From contig CAWAUV010000008.1 in the NCBI GenBank assembly GCA_963785305.1, positions 1,120,001 to 1,184,000 on the forward strand: a stretch of 64,000 nucleotides of DNA. The letters are read 5' to 3'. The position numbers were made by a program, and so were the translations under genes. The notes under the pieces were generated by a model. It did not search any database, was not told the origin of the DNA, and worked only from the letters and a program-made list of their open reading frames with translations. Source of the stretch: an uncultured Planctomycetaceae bacterium. GTDB lineage: Bacteria > Planctomycetota > Planctomycetia > Pirellulales > PALSA-1355. Positions 41,093 through 52,632 of this stretch are shown piece by piece; within the stretch, counting starts at the first letter, position 1, and each line of letters opens with the position of its first letter.

Positions 41093-42383
41093 GCGTTTCG
41101 AGGAATCGGGCCAGGCGATGAAAGTCGCTGCCCGGCTCGATATGCCGCACCACGGTCACCAGGCTTTCGGGATCGACCAACTTCTCGAACGGCACATAGT
41201 CGAGCTGGAACTGTCCATGCACGCTGACCATGACGCCGTCGCGTCCTTCCTCGACCAGCGCGCGATATCCGCCCACGCCCAATTGGCTGCCAAGCATGAT
41301 ATCGAACGAATGCGGCGCGGCGCAACGCGACTCATAGCCCAATTGCAGGCCGGTGATCTTGCGCGAGCGGCCGGTTTGCACCCGATACTCGTCGCTGACG
41401 AGCCGCGAGAAGAGCCGCGAAAGATTGATCTGCGACACGGCGATGTGTCCGTGTTCGTCGCGCGTGACGCCTTGCAGATAGCTCATCGGCAGATATTCGG
41501 CCAGACCCTCGGCCATGACGATCACGCCGAAGTCCTTCTTTTCCTTTTCCTCGCGGGCACGCACCGTGGCGACGATGCGCTTCACGACTTCGTTGACGTT
41601 CATGATCTTTCGCTCGCGGCGTTCGCCCGAGGTCGGATCGACGATCTGTTCTTTATCGAGATATTTGCCGGTGATGTCCTCGACGCTGATCACGAGGCTG
41701 GCTTCCCCGGCGATCGCGGTGCCATAGGCGAGCCAGCCGGCGCTGCGGCCCATGGTCTCGGCCAGGAAGTAGGCGCGGCAGGCCTCGGCGTCGGCGAGCA
41801 GATTGCGAATCTCGACCGCCAAGGTCTCGACCGCCGTGAAGTAGCCGAACGTGAAGTCGATGCCGGCGTAGTCGTTGTCGATCGTTTTCGGCAGATGCAC
41901 CACTGGAATCCGCTCCTTGTCGGCCGGCAACCGGTCTTGATAAAGCTTGAACTTGTTGGCGGTCTTCAGCGTGTCGTCGCCGCCGATCGACACCAGCGCG
42001 TTGACGCCGATGGAACGCAGCGCTTCGTCGACGGTGCGCAACGGCGCGATCCGCTGCGGGTCGGACATGTGCGAGGGATGCGAGATGCTCTTGCCCGGAT
42101 TCGCGCGGGCCGAGCCGATGATGATGCCCTGCGAGCCGCGGGTGCGCCGCAGCGCGTGTTGATCGAGCATGATGTAGTCGCGGCCCAGTTCCATCGCGCG
42201 CTTGTCGAATTCGAGCAGTTGCGAATAGCCGTAGAGGATGCCGACGACTTCGATATCGTTGCGCAAAAACGAAATCGCGCAAGTCGAGATCACGGCATTG
42301 GCCGCGGGGGCCGGACCGCCGGCGAACAAAATGGCCACGCGGCGAATATCGGTCTTCGTTTTCGGGGGGCCGGTCAAAGTCAT
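41079..42383 (-). CDS. pfk: 6-phosphofructokinase (PfkA family, likely PPi-dependent)
   Basis: GGPAP, IGGDDT, PKTIDND, MGR, GYESR. Confidence 0.93.
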   Translation of the reverse strand: MTLTGPPKTKTDIRRVAILFAGGPAPAANAVISTCAISFLRNDIEVVGILYGYSQLLEFDKRAMELGRDYIMLDQHALRRTRGSQGIIIGSARANPGKSISHPSHMSDPQRIAPLRTVDEALRSIGVNALVSIGGDDTLKTANKFKLYQDRLPADKERIPVVHLPKTIDNDYAGIDFTFGYFTAVETLAVEIRNLLADAEACRAYFLAETMGRSAGWLAYGTAIAGEASLVISVEDITGKYLDKEQIVDPTSGERRERKIMNVNEVVKRIVATVRAREEKEKKDFGVIVMAEGLAEYLPMSYLQGVTRDEHGHIAVSQINLSRLFSRLVSDEYRVQTGRSRKITGLQLGYESRCAAPHSFDIMLGSQLGVGGYRALVEEGRDGVMVSVHGQFQLDYVPFEKLVDPESLVTVVRHIEPGSDFHRLARFLETHVNE

Positions 42384-42526
42384 GTGTGCTTCTCCGCGAA
42401 TACTGGGGGTGCCTCGCGGCGCTGGCCGCGCTGAAAATCAATCCGTTTCATTCAGTATCGCCGCGCCTCCGCCGGCGATTTAGCGCGCTGTCGGCGCCGT
42501 CGTCGCCCGCGATTCGCGCCGGTGGC

Positions 42527-43872
42527 TTACGAGACCAGCCCGCTCCGCTCGACGAACGTCGTATCGACGCGTCCCTCGGCAAACGCGGCATGCGACAGAA
42601 TCGCTTTGTGCAGCGGCACCGTGGTCTTGATGCCGGTGATGCGCAGTTCGTCCAACGCGCGGAGCATGCACTCGATCGCCGTGCGGCGATCTTTCTGATG
42701 CACGATCAGCTTGCCGATCATCGAATCGTAGTGCGGCGACACCGTATAGCCGGGATACGCATGCGAATCGAATCGCACTCCGAATCCGCCCGGGATCATC
42801 ATCCGCTCGATCTTGCCGGGCGAGGGCAAGAAATTCTTGGCCGGGTCCTCGGCATTGATGCGGCACTCGATCGCCGCGCCGCGCGACACGATGTCTTCTT
42901 GGGTAAACGGCAGCGGTTCACCCGCCGCGACCCGAATCTGGGCTTTGATCAAGTCGATCCCGGTGATCATTTCCGTGACCGGATGCTCGACCTGAATTCG
43001 CGCGTTGACTTCGATGAAGTAAAAGTTGTCTTGTTGATCGACGATGAACTCGACCGTGCCGGCGTTGGTGTAGCCGCACTTCTTGATCAGCCGCACGGCC
43101 GCTTCGCAAATTTCGCGGCGTTTCTCGGCCGAAAGATGCGGCGAGGGGCTCTCCTCGATCAGCTTTTGGTGGCGCCGCTGGGTCGAGCAGTCGCGCTCCC
43201 AGAGATGCACCGCGTTGCCGTGATGATCGGCCAGAATCTGCACTTCGACATGCCGCGGATGCTCGATATAGCGTTCGAGATAAATACTGCCGTCGCCAAA
43301 GGCAGCCTCGGCCTCGGTGCGCGCTTGCTGCCAGCGCCACCTTGAGCGCCAGGTCGTTCGCCGCCACGCGCATCCCGCGCCCACCGCCACCGGCCGACGC
43401 CTTGACGAGCACCGGAAAGCCGATTTCGTGGGCCACGCGCACCGCTTCGTGTTCGTCGGTGAGCAGGCCCTGGCTGCCGGGCACCACCGGCACGCGGGCC
43501 TCGCGCGCAGCACCGCGCCGAGTTCTTGTCGCCCAGCTTGGCCATGGCTTCGGGCGTGGGGCCGATGAAGTCGATATTGCAGGAGCGGCACACATCGTTG
43601 AAATGCGCGTTTTCCGAAAGAAAACCGTAGCCGGGATGAATCGCCTGCACATTGCCCACTTCGGCGGCGCTGATCACGCGGTCGATCTTGCGATAGCTTT
43701 CGGCGCCCTTTGCCGGGCCGACGCAAAACGCATCGTCGGCCAGTTCCAGGTAGGGAGCGCCGCGGTCGGCCTCGCTAAAGATGGCCACGGTCTCGATGCC
43801 CATCTCCCGGCAAGCGCGAATTACGCGCAGCGCAATCTCGCCGCGATTGGCCACCAGGATTCGTTTGAACAT
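42527..43872 (-). CDS. accC: Acetyl-CoA carboxylase biotin carboxylase subunit (frameshifts)
   Basis: [57 protein letters not shown]. Confidence 0.95.
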
Positions 43873-43982
43873 CGCTCGACCCGTGGATTCGTGGAAAAAA
43901 CAAAAACAGGAAACGTCCGCTCCCGACGCTCGACGAGCCGGAACGCTAAAGCCTCGCGGGCGACGTTGGGCGAGGACTTCCT

Positions 43983-44083
43983 TGTTGACCTTCGCGGCCC
44001 TGTTGACCCTTGCGGCCCTGTTGACCCTTGCGGCCCTGTTGACCCTTGCGGCCCTGTTGACCCTTGCGGCCCTGTTGACCCTT
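43983..44083. repeat. Tandem repeat, 18 bp unit TGTTGACCCTTGCGGCCC, about 5.6 copies
   Basis: Directly visible between accB and accC. Confidence 0.95.
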
Positions 44084-44132
44084 TTTCGGCGCGCCGCCGA
44101 TTACCGCGGGATCGGGCCGCGATTGCCGGCCC

Positions 44133-44618
44133 TTATTTTCGGGTGTCGACCTTGAACAGCGGCTGGTTGAATTCGACCGGCTCGCCATTCTCGACCAACA
44201 CAGCCACGATCTGACCCGACTTTTCAGCCGGAATCGGGTTGAAAACCTTCATTGCCTCGATCACGCACACGGTCGAAGTGGGGCCCACATGATCGCCCAC
44301 TTTGACAAAGGGCGGCGACTCGGGGTCGGGCGCGGCATAGAAAGTGCCCACCATCGGGCTGTTGATCGTCTCGATCGCCGGATCGGCCGCCGCGGCGATG
44401 GGCGCGGCGCTCGCGGGCGACTGCGCGGCCGCCGGTTCGGCCGCCCGAGGCGCGACCGTGGTCACGACCGGCTCGCCGCCTTTGCGAATGCGAATCCGAT
44501 GCGACCTCTGGCGCAGGTCCAATTCGGTGAGCTCGTGATGGTTCATCAATTCGACGAGTCGCGTCAAACGATCGACGTCGAAGATGTCCAAATCATCTGG
44601 TTCGCCGCCCATGCGCAC
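44133..44618 (-). CDS. accB: Acetyl-CoA carboxylase biotin carboxyl carrier protein
   Basis: SPMVGTFY, IEAMKVFN, VEFNQPLF. Confidence 0.95.
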   Translation of the reverse strand: MRMGGEPDDLDIFDVDRLTRLVELMNHHELTELDLRQRSHRIRIRKGGEPVVTTVAPRAAEPAAAQSPASAAPIAAAADPAIETINSPMVGTFYAAPDPESPPFVKVGDHVGPTSTVCVIEAMKVFNPIPAEKSGQIVAVLVENGEPVEFNQPLFKVDTRK

Positions 44619-44896
44619 CCTCCCGCTTCGCGATCCCGCGATCGCCCCCGCGGGCGATTATCGCATCACAAACCTATATAGGAACAAAGTTTCGGCGGAT
44701 TGTAACGGCGCTAATTTCGCCCGTCAAGCGGGTCCCCCGGCGATAAGGCCCGCCAAACCGGCCGACCAGTCGCCACCGAAACCGAATTCGAGAGCGCTAG
44801 GCCCCCCGCCGCCGGCCCGTTACGATGAAAAACACCGACCCCAGGAGCCACCAAATGCAGACAGATGTTCGTCATTCACCGGCCCAGCGACCGCCC

Positions 44897-45713
44897 ATGA
44901 ACGAAACCCCAACCTCGGGCGCCCGCCACGAACCGCCGCCGCCGCCGGCCATGACCGCCGATCTGGGCGATGCGCGGCTCGATCTCGACCGCCAGCGCCG
45001 CTGCGGCTTTCCCGAAGTGATTTTCGGCCAGGGCAAGTCGATCGCCACACTGGTCAAATCGTTCGAAGCGTTCGCCGCGCGCGGCATCGATGCCCTGGCC
45101 ACGCGAATCGACAACGACCAAGCCGCCACGATTGTCGCCCGCTTTCCAACGGCTGTCTACAACCCCGTGGCCCGCACTTTGAGACTCGAGCCGGCGCCGA
45201 CCGCGGCCGACTCAGGCCAAGGGCCCGCGAAACGGCATGTGGGCTATGTGCCGGTCGTCACGGCCGGGTCGACCGATCTGCCGGTCGCCGAGGAGGCGCG
45301 CGAAACGCTCGAATGGATGGGCGTCGCAAGTCGGCTGGTGTGCGATGTGGGCGTGGCCGGGCCGCACCGCTTGGGCGAAAGCCTGCCGCAGCTTGCCGGC
45401 GCCGACGCGGTGGTGGTGATCGCCGGCATGGAGGGCGCCTTGCCCAGCGTGGTGGGCGGCTATGTGCCTTGCCCCGTGATCGGAGTGCCGACCAGTGTCG
45501 GCTACGGCGCCAATTTCCAGGGTCTATCGGCCCTGCTGAGCATGCTCAATAGCTGCGCGGCCAATGTCACCGTGGTGAATATCGACGCCGGCTTCAAAGG
45601 CGGATACGTCGCCGGCCTGATCGCCAGTCGCAACCACGCCGCCGAGCACGCCGGCGCCCACGAATTCCGAACGCGAATCCTCTCCCGCGCTTCCACAAGG
45701 AACTTCGCCATGA
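44897..45713 (+). CDS. larB: Nickel-pincer cofactor biosynthesis protein LarB (PurE-like)
   Basis: [59 protein letters not shown]; ends approximate. Confidence 0.9.
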
Positions 45714-46598
45714 TCCCCCCCAGCGCCAACCAGCACTCCGATCAATCGCCGCTGCCAAAACTCCCGCCTCGCAAGCCCGACTGCCATAAGGGCTCGTTCG
45801 GGTCCGCGCTTCTGATCGGCGGATCGCTCGGCATGGCCGGTTCGATCAGCATGTCGGGCATGGCGACGCTGCGCCGGCGCGGGACTCGCGCGGCTGCTCG
45901 TGCCCGATGTTTGCCAAACCACGGTCGCGAGTTTCGATCCGTGTTTGATGACGATGGGACTCGCCTCCGACGATCGCGGCCGCATAGGCGGCGATTGGCA
46001 AACTCGCGTGGCCGGCGAGCTCACCACCGCCACGGCCGGCGCTTGCGGCCCTGGCCTGGGGCGCTCCGCCGATCTCGACGACCTCGTGGCTTGGCTCTAT
46101 CGCGAATCGCACCTGCCGCTGGTGTTCGACGCCGACGGGCTCAATTCGCTCGCCGCGCATCCGGCGGTGCTCACCGCGCCGGGCGGACCGCGCGTGCTCA
46201 CTCCGCATCCGGGCGAGTTTGCCCGACTGATGGGCCTCGACCGCCCGCCCGCCGACAACGAGCGCGCCTCGGCTGCTCGCGCCCTGGCCAAGCGGGCCGG
46301 CGCCGTGGTGGTGCTCAAGGGTCATCGCACCGTGGTGACCGATGGCGAGGCGACATTCATCAACACGACCGGCAATCCGGGCATGGCCACCGCCGGCATG
46401 GGCGATGTGCTCACCGGAGTGGTCACGGCGCTATTGTGCCAGAAATTGCCCCCGCTCGACGCGGCGCGCCTCGGCGCCCACCTGCACGGCCTAGCCGGCG
46501 ACCTAGCAGCCGAAGAAATCGGCCCGGTCGGCCTCACCGCCCGCGACGTGATCGACCGCCTACCCCGCGCCCTGTCGACGGCAATCGCGCGCGATTAG
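45710..46598 (+). CDS. nnrD: ADP-dependent NAD(P)H-hydrate dehydratase (frameshift near 45875)
   Basis: [39 protein letters not shown]. Confidence 0.92.
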
Positions 46599-46801
46599 CC
46601 GCGAGCGACGATGCCCGGGGCGCCGCGCCTCGTGCTTATAGTTGGGCAAACATTTCATCGAGCGCGGCGAGCGTGGCGGCTCGGCCGGCGCTTCAGGAAC
46701 TATTCGCGGTCGCTTCCTCCGCGGGGGAGGCTCGGGCATCGGACTGGACCACCACCCAAGCCGACAATCGTCGCTAACTTGAACTGCCCCCGCTTCGTTC
46801 T

Positions 46802-49800
46802 TCATTGAGGCAGACCGGAAAGCCGCTCAACCACCGCCATCGCTGACGCTAAGTTTGCTACATTATCCTGGAACAATGCTTCAATTCGCTGGAGCAGCTT
46901 CGTCCTTTCTAAGTCGCTAGCCAAAGCGATTCCCAACTTTTCCAATGCCAGCGGATCATCGGTTGTGGCCATCGGTTGGAATATCGACCTGCCAAGCGGT
47001 GATAAAATCTCACGCCCCGCTGGGGCACCCTCGCGTAACGCCTTGACGGCCCAGTCCGAATCAACTCCAAGTTCGCAGAATTCAGAAAGTTGGAGCCAGT
47101 TCACAGACGAGGCCCAGCCGTCCGCCTCGTTCGACAGGTCAGAACACGAACGCGTCACCCACGACGCAAACGACACGATGACGCCGTTGACCCAATCGAC
47201 GAAAGCGTCGAATTCTTCGTCCCAGGTTGCCGGCTCATCTAAGCCAGCAAGCCAGTCGGTAACGGCCACTTTGCTCTTGGACTTTCTTACACTTGGCAAG
47301 TTGGTGAACAACTTCAGAAGAGGGCCACCTTTGAACCACCCGTCAACGACCGCTGCCGCGTCCGCCTTCTTGACTCGACAAGTCTTGCCGGGCTTTTGGA
47401 CTTCTTTTCGCCAATGTCGATTCGGTTGCTCAGGGAGCCGCCCAAGTTCGACCAGCATCTTTCCAACCGCCTCTGACCGTTCATTTGATGGAGCGTCGCA
47501 GGCAAAGAACCGCATTATTGCGCGACAGCTCGTCGGCGAAAGGCCGCTGGTCACAGCCGCCGTCCCGAAGGTCGTCAGTTTGAATGGGCTGGCAGCTACA
47601 GCCAGAGAACGCTCGGAATTATCGAGAATTGATTTGGCGACATCTCTTAAGAGTTTCTGTGCCTTCGATTCCGAAACATTACCAGTATTCCAGTAAAGGG
47701 CGTCCGAGAAGGCCTGGACGAGGTCATTCTCTTCGGGATTCTCAGGAATAGCCGCAAGAAACTGCGATGCGATGGTGTCGGAGAGATCGTCCGCGAAATC
47801 TGTGCCCGCTTTGGCCGACTCGAAGACACTCTCTATCTCCAGTTTAACGTCGTCGACGAACAGGCGTTTGATTAGATCGCCCCGGTTTGGATCGAAAGTA
47901 AACCCCGCATCGCCAACGGGATTGTCAAAGATAACCGTATCGCCCTCCGTTTGCCGCCCCGCACGACCGCATCGTCCCGCAATGTTGCGGAACAGTAGCG
48001 GCGACATTGGACCAGACTTGTTCCCTTGCCAGGAAAGCCAGTCAACGATGACGGTGGTCCGAAACGGCAGATCAACGCCCTCGGCAAGAGTGGTCGTCGC
48101 CGTTACGGTGCGAAGCTCTCTGTTGTTAGCCGCCTCCTCAATGCCGATCCGTACTTCGTGTGGAAGGGATGCGTTGTGGTAGGCAACTCCGCGACGACAG
48201 CAGAACGCGAGCAAATGAAGATGGGGGTAAGACTGCGTTATAATATCGACCGTCTTTTGCAACTGCGGAGGCAAAGGTTGAAGTGGCTGGAAACGCATAG
48301 CGAGCCTCCACGCCAACTGTCGGGTTGTATGCTTCGACATACAGACGCAGAGGCACACATCCCGAAACTCTGTCCAAAGGTACTCCGCCAGGACTGCAAC
48401 GTTTTCAATTGCCTTCGGTTCTTGGGTTCGGATCGAACCAAAATGCTTCGCAGCATAGAAGTTAACATTTGGCCAGGGAACCAGCTTGGCCCCGATTACG
48501 TCGGTATTGCGCGAGCCAGCATTGCGAACCAACTCTGGTCCACGAAACCAGCGGATGTAGCCGTCGCGATCCCAGATTGCAAGGCGACGGGCAGTTGGGC
48601 GCCATTCGTCCTTTACTACGCAATCATCGGGAATATCGAGCCAATGCTGTAAGCGGGAATAGGAGTTCGTCACTGCCGACAGAAGGATGATGCGGAAATT
48701 GCAGTCACGCTTCTGGGACATCCTCAGTCTGGCAAGAATCCCTTCAAGACGAATGCCGCGTATGCCACTTCCTATCAGATGCGCTTCATCAACGACGATG
48801 CATCGAAGATGTGAAAGCAACGCGCGAGATTTACGGATAATGGCATCAAATCGTTCGGGGGTCGCAACGACCAGTTCTCGCCTGATTTGCGGATCAAGTG
48901 AATCTTCTGCACGAAATCCGCCGATCAGCATGTGAACGCGAACTGCATCAGGACACCTTCGTCGGACTCCTTCGGCTACTTGCCGTCCGAGAGCAACGTA
49001 AGGTGCAAGATACACAGCCAGTCCGGGGCCGTTATCCAGTGACCGGAGCAGGCATAATTCGCCAAGAAGCGTCTTTCCGGCACTGGTGTGTAGAGCAACC
49101 AAGCTGTTTTCAGTCGATTGCGGTAGGCGGCGGTTGCGGATCGCATTGAACTGAGGCGGCAGCAGGACCCTGACGCCCGCCGTAAACAGCCGCTTTGAGT
49201 AGCTCGCTCCCAGATTGGGAAAGATCGGAGTAATTACGGAAATAGCCGACAATTGAATTACGTGCCTGACAACGATGCGAGCGGACCGAAGCATCGCACT
49301 TTCAAATGAGTCGGCATCGGCAAGACAGCCCATTAGCAGCTTCTCTAAGTCAGCAGCGTGCTCGGAACTGCCGGTACGCAAGAACCGCACAAGACCACCC
49401 AAGTATGCGGTCGCAGCTTGCGACTTGCCGACTATCTTCTGAAAGTCGTGCGCGAGCTGCGGTGTACAGGTCGCAATGATGGCTGCGGTTACGGGACTGA
49501 TCTCCTCGGGCCTGCTCAAGCGTGCGTTCAGTGCCGACGAAGAGAGAAAGTTTCCCCACATCCCAAATGCGAGAATTGCCAGTACCGCCCAATCCTGGCG
49601 TTCAGCCTCCGGCAATTCGCTCTCGGGCAACGAAACGGAGTCCAGGATGCGCGATGCAGCAATTAGGGAAGCAGACGTTTCAACGTCGTACAATTGCGTG
49701 GTCTGGTCTTTTCGGAGCTCCTGAAAGTATCCCATGACGAGCTGCGCATGAGCTACAAGGTCCGACCAGGAACGCGGATTACTCCTCAATCCGCGAACGA

Positions 49801-49858
49801 GAGCGAAGGCACAATTCTCCGCGGAAGGAAGGTCCAGACCGGAAGGCAACATGCTCAT
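46802..49858 (-). CDS. Ski2-like SF2 DEAH helicase, HamB-like
   Basis: PPQ Q-motif, TSAGKT, TPER, VVDEAH, LSA, YHNA, TTTLAEGVDLP, AGRCGR; long helical N- and C-terminal regions; codon usage visibly more AT-rich than the host genes. Confidence 0.88.
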   Translation of the reverse strand: MSMLPSGLDLPSAENCAFALVRGLRSNPRSWSDLVAHAQLVMGYFQELRKDQTTQLYDVETSASLIAASRILDSVSLPESELPEAERQDWAVLAILAFGMWGNFLSSSALNARLSRPEEISPVTAAIIATCTPQLAHDFQKIVGKSQAATAYLGGLVRFLRTGSSEHAADLEKLLMGCLADADSFESAMLRSARIVVRHVIQLSAISVITPIFPNLGASYSKRLFTAGVRVLLPPQFNAIRNRRLPQSTENSLVALHTSAGKTLLGELCLLRSLDNGPGLAVYLAPYVALGRQVAEGVRRRCPDAVRVHMLIGGFRAEDSLDPQIRRELVVATPERFDAIIRKSRALLSHLRCIVVDEAHLIGSGIRGIRLEGILARLRMSQKRDCNFRIILLSAVTNSYSRLQHWLDIPDDCVVKDEWRPTARRLAIWDRDGYIRWFRGPELVRNAGSRNTDVIGAKLVPWPNVNFYAAKHFGSIRTQEPKAIENVAVLAEYLWTEFRDVCLCVCMSKHTTRQLAWRLAMRFQPLQPLPPQLQKTVDIITQSYPHLHLLAFCCRRGVAYHNASLPHEVRIGIEEAANNRELRTVTATTTLAEGVDLPFRTTVIVDWLSWQGNKSGPMSPLLFRNIAGRCGRAGRQTEGDTVIFDNPVGDAGFTFDPNRGDLIKRLFVDDVKLEIESVFESAKAGTDFADDLSDTIASQFLAAIPENPEENDLVQAFSDALYWNTGNVSESKAQKLLRDVAKSILDNSERSLAVAASPFKLTTFGTAAVTSGLSPTSCRAIMRFFACDAPSNERSEAVGKMLVELGRLPEQPNRHWRKEVQKPGKTCRVKKADAAAVVDGWFKGGPLLKLFTNLPSVRKSKSKVAVTDWLAGLDEPATWDEEFDAFVDWVNGVIVSFASWVTRSCSDLSNEADGWASSVNWLQLSEFCELGVDSDWAVKALREGAPAGREILSPLGRSIFQPMATTDDPLALEKLGIALASDLERTKLLQRIEALFQDNVANLASAMAVVERLSGLPQ

Positions 49859-50199
49859 GGCTTCCCACTTGCCAGCCGCACAAGCCGATGATCAAGGGAA
49901 GACAAGCCAACCGCCCACGGTTCGACATCGGCCCAGTTGTTGCCCGTCAGCGATTCGCGGACCAGCAGCATTGTGTCGACGATACCAGCGGCCGTTGTGT
50001 CATGCACGACGGTCGGAAGCAGCCTTATACGATCGCATGCGACCGGAGATACTCCAATTAGCTGATTTGCTCGCTGAATAATATGAGCAGGCCTGTTCTG
50101 TTCATACTCAAGACGGTTCTTGAAATCCTGAATTCGAGTGTGCAAAGTGAGCCGCGCGTTTGTTCCAAAGAGTTTGCTGTAATCGTCGATCAGTTTCTT

Positions 50200-51643
50200 G
50201 GCTCTTCCGTTTCCGAGTGTTTTGCTTGGGGATTCGGGATGGTTTTCTGGCGTTCGGGGGTTGGTCGGGTAGAATGGCGTGGAGGAGGCCGGGCGAGTCT
50301 CGATTTTACCTGAATGGAGTGGAGCCATGAATAGCGTCGCCGTCGAGATTGAAATGGATTTTCCGGACGGGGTGGCCGTCCGCGGCTACGAGCGTCATCA
50401 AGGCGCTCATGTGTTCGAGGTGGCCTTCGAGCTGCCCGAGCGCTGCGTGTGCCCAAAATGCCGGCACGAGGCGGCGGCGCAGCTTCGCGAGAAAGATGAA
50501 GTGCTCGCCATCCGCGACCTGGACCTGATGCGCGAGCCGACATTCTGGACCTATCGGCCGTTCTTGCATCAATGTCCCAAGTGCCGGCAGCGGACGCAGG
50601 TCGGGACGCCGTTCAAGCGTCCGCGCGTGACTTACACCTATCGTTTCGAGCAGTTCGTGTTCGAGCAACTGGTGGGCACGAGCGTCGAGGAGGTGGCGCG
50701 GCGCCTGGGCATCTCCGCCGAGACGGTCGAACGCATCCTGGAGTGGCGCCTGACGAGCGAGCGCGCCATTTCGCCCGAGCGCGTGATCACCAGCGTGGGT
50801 CTCGACGAATTGAGTCTCAAGAAACGACACAAGTTGTACGCCACGGTGCTCAGCGATCTATCCGATCCGAAGCATCCGCGAATTCTGGCGGTGGCCAAGG
50901 GTCGAGACCGCGAGGCGACCGAGGCCTGCCTGGCCAAGCTTTCGCCGGAGCAACGGGCCCAAGTCGTCTCGCATCGCACGGACATGAGCGCCGTGTATCC
51001 GGAAGTCTGCAAAAGCTGGCTGCCGAACAGCCAGTTGGTGGTCGATCGTTTTCATGTCGCGAAGAAGCTGGGCGAGATCGTGGACCGCGTGAGAAAAAAA
51101 CACGCCATTTTAAGCTAGCACTCTCGCGGGCCGAGCGCAAGAAATTCCGTAGCCGCATGTGGCTCTACCGCGTCCGCCGCGAGGACTTGACCCCGGAGCA
51201 ACAAACCGAGTTGGACGACCTGCTGACCACGATTCCGGAACTGCAACAGGCTTATCATTTCCGGGAGGAAGTGGCGGAGATCTTCGATGGGTCGCGGGAC
51301 CGCGAGGAAGCATCGCGGCGACTGGAGGAGCTGCGCGAAATGGTGTCGGGCGAGCCGGAGTTGCTCCAATGGTTCGCGCTCTACGATCGCTGGCGCGACG
51401 GCATCCTGGCGTACCTGGACCGCCGCGAGACGAGCGGCCCGGTGGAAGGCCTGAACAACAAGGCGCGGGTCATCACGCGGCGTAGTTATGGGATCAAGAA
51501 CACCGATAGTTTGTGGAAACGCTTGGTGCTGGACATCAACCACTTCCACGCCGCCACCCGCCGCCGCGTGCCCGACCTCCACGCCCTGGCCCGCGCCATC
51601 CAAGCAAGATTCCGGGCTTATTACATTTAGAAACGGAAGAGCC
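50200..51643 (+). mobile_element. Complete ISL3-family insertion sequence
   Basis: Perfect 14 bp TIR GGCTCTTCCGTTTC / GAAACGGAAGAGCC; 8 bp target duplication AGTTTCTT (50192-50199, 51644-51651). Confidence 0.96.
50327..51630 (+). CDS. ISL3 transposase (two ORFs joined by a -1 shift at A7, 51094-51100)
   Basis: Zinc ribbon CPKC..CPKC, HTH, GLDE, TDM, VDRFHV, SGPVEGLNNK...RRSYG. Confidence 0.93.
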
Positions 51644-52152
51644 AGTTTCTTCGCATATTCGATCGAATCCGCAGACGTAGTCTTTACTTCCTGAAGTATC
51701 GCCCAGTCGTCCTTGCAACTTTTGCCAAAATGAACCCAGAGCAAGTCAAGCTCTGGATTAGACTTGCCGCTGAATGGACGAAGTGCATTCGCAAAATGTC
51801 CAAGGCAGGTGCCTCCAAATCGTTCCGACCTTGCCAAGCAAAAGACAATTGTTTCTCCAAGGTTGCCTCTGAGGATGTTGTCGTTGCCTTTTACTGATGC
51901 CGGGAATGGCGTGCAATGCGCATTAAGGAATTCTAGGACATCGGCATGTGCGGCATCGCAATCGGGCTTGCCGGTCCATAGAACAACCGACGAGTCCTCG
52001 ACTGATCCAAATACTGAATCGCTCATTTTTTTAACCTCCGTCCCGCTCGCTATCAACGAACGATCTTATGCATAAATGCTCTGTCCGTCGCCGGGCGGAT
52101 GTCGTAGGGTGTCGTGGACGGGAGGCGAAAGGGCGAGAGGTCCATTATTTCA

Positions 52153-52632
52153 CTCTTCCGTTTCTGAGTGCTTTGCTTGGGGATTTGAGAACGTTCTTGG
52201 TTGGTCGGTTGGGCACACCCTCGCGGAAGAGCCCAAGCGAGTCTCGATTTTACCCGAACGGAGCGGGACCATGAATAGCGTCGCCATCGAGATTGAAATG
52301 GATTTTCCGGACGGGGTGGCCGTCCGTGGCTACGAGCGTCATCAAGGCGCGCATGTGTTCGAGGTGGCTTTCGAGCTGCCGGAGCGCTGCGTGTGCCCCA
52401 AATGCCGGCACGAGGCGGCGGCGCAGCTTCGCGAGAAAGATGAAGTACTCGCCATCCGCGACCTGGACCTGATGCGCGCCGACATTCTGGACCTATCGGC
52501 CGTTCTTGCATCAATGTCCCAAGTGCCGGCAGCGGACGCAGGTCGAGACGCCGTTCAAGCGTCCGCACGTGACTTACACCTATCGTTTCGAGCAATTCGT
52601 GCTCGAGCAACTGGTGGGCGCCGAGCGTCGAG
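52153..52632 (+). mobile_element. Truncated ISL3 copy (left end + 5' part of transposase)
   Basis: Near-identical to 50202-50690, breaking off after LEQLVG. Confidence 0.9.

Larger units (their letters stand above)
49855..52026 (-). pseudogene. PD-(D/E)xK nuclease, HamA-like (239 aa when rejoined), split by ISL3
   Basis: 52026-51644 joined to 50191-49855 reads ...EYAKKL-IDDYSKL... in frame; motifs GNLGE, ELD, QEVK; ATGA overlap with the helicase. Confidence 0.8.

Noticed and set aside
43983..44083. Possible CRISPR array
   Set aside because: Units are contiguous with no unique spacers, and there are no cas genes.
13330..46598. Frameshifts in sulfatase, pyc, ABC ATPase, tgt, accC, nnrD (and polA) as mass pseudogenisation or recoding
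   Set aside because: They are scattered 1-2 nt indels in GC-rich runs, also hitting essential genes, with no accumulation of nonsense codons. Sequencing/consensus error is far more likely.
44825..46777. Apparent in-frame LarB-NnrD fusion
   Set aside because: nnrD has its own AAGGA RBS and an ATGA at 45710-45713 typical of a stop/start overlap. One indel error would create the apparent fusion.
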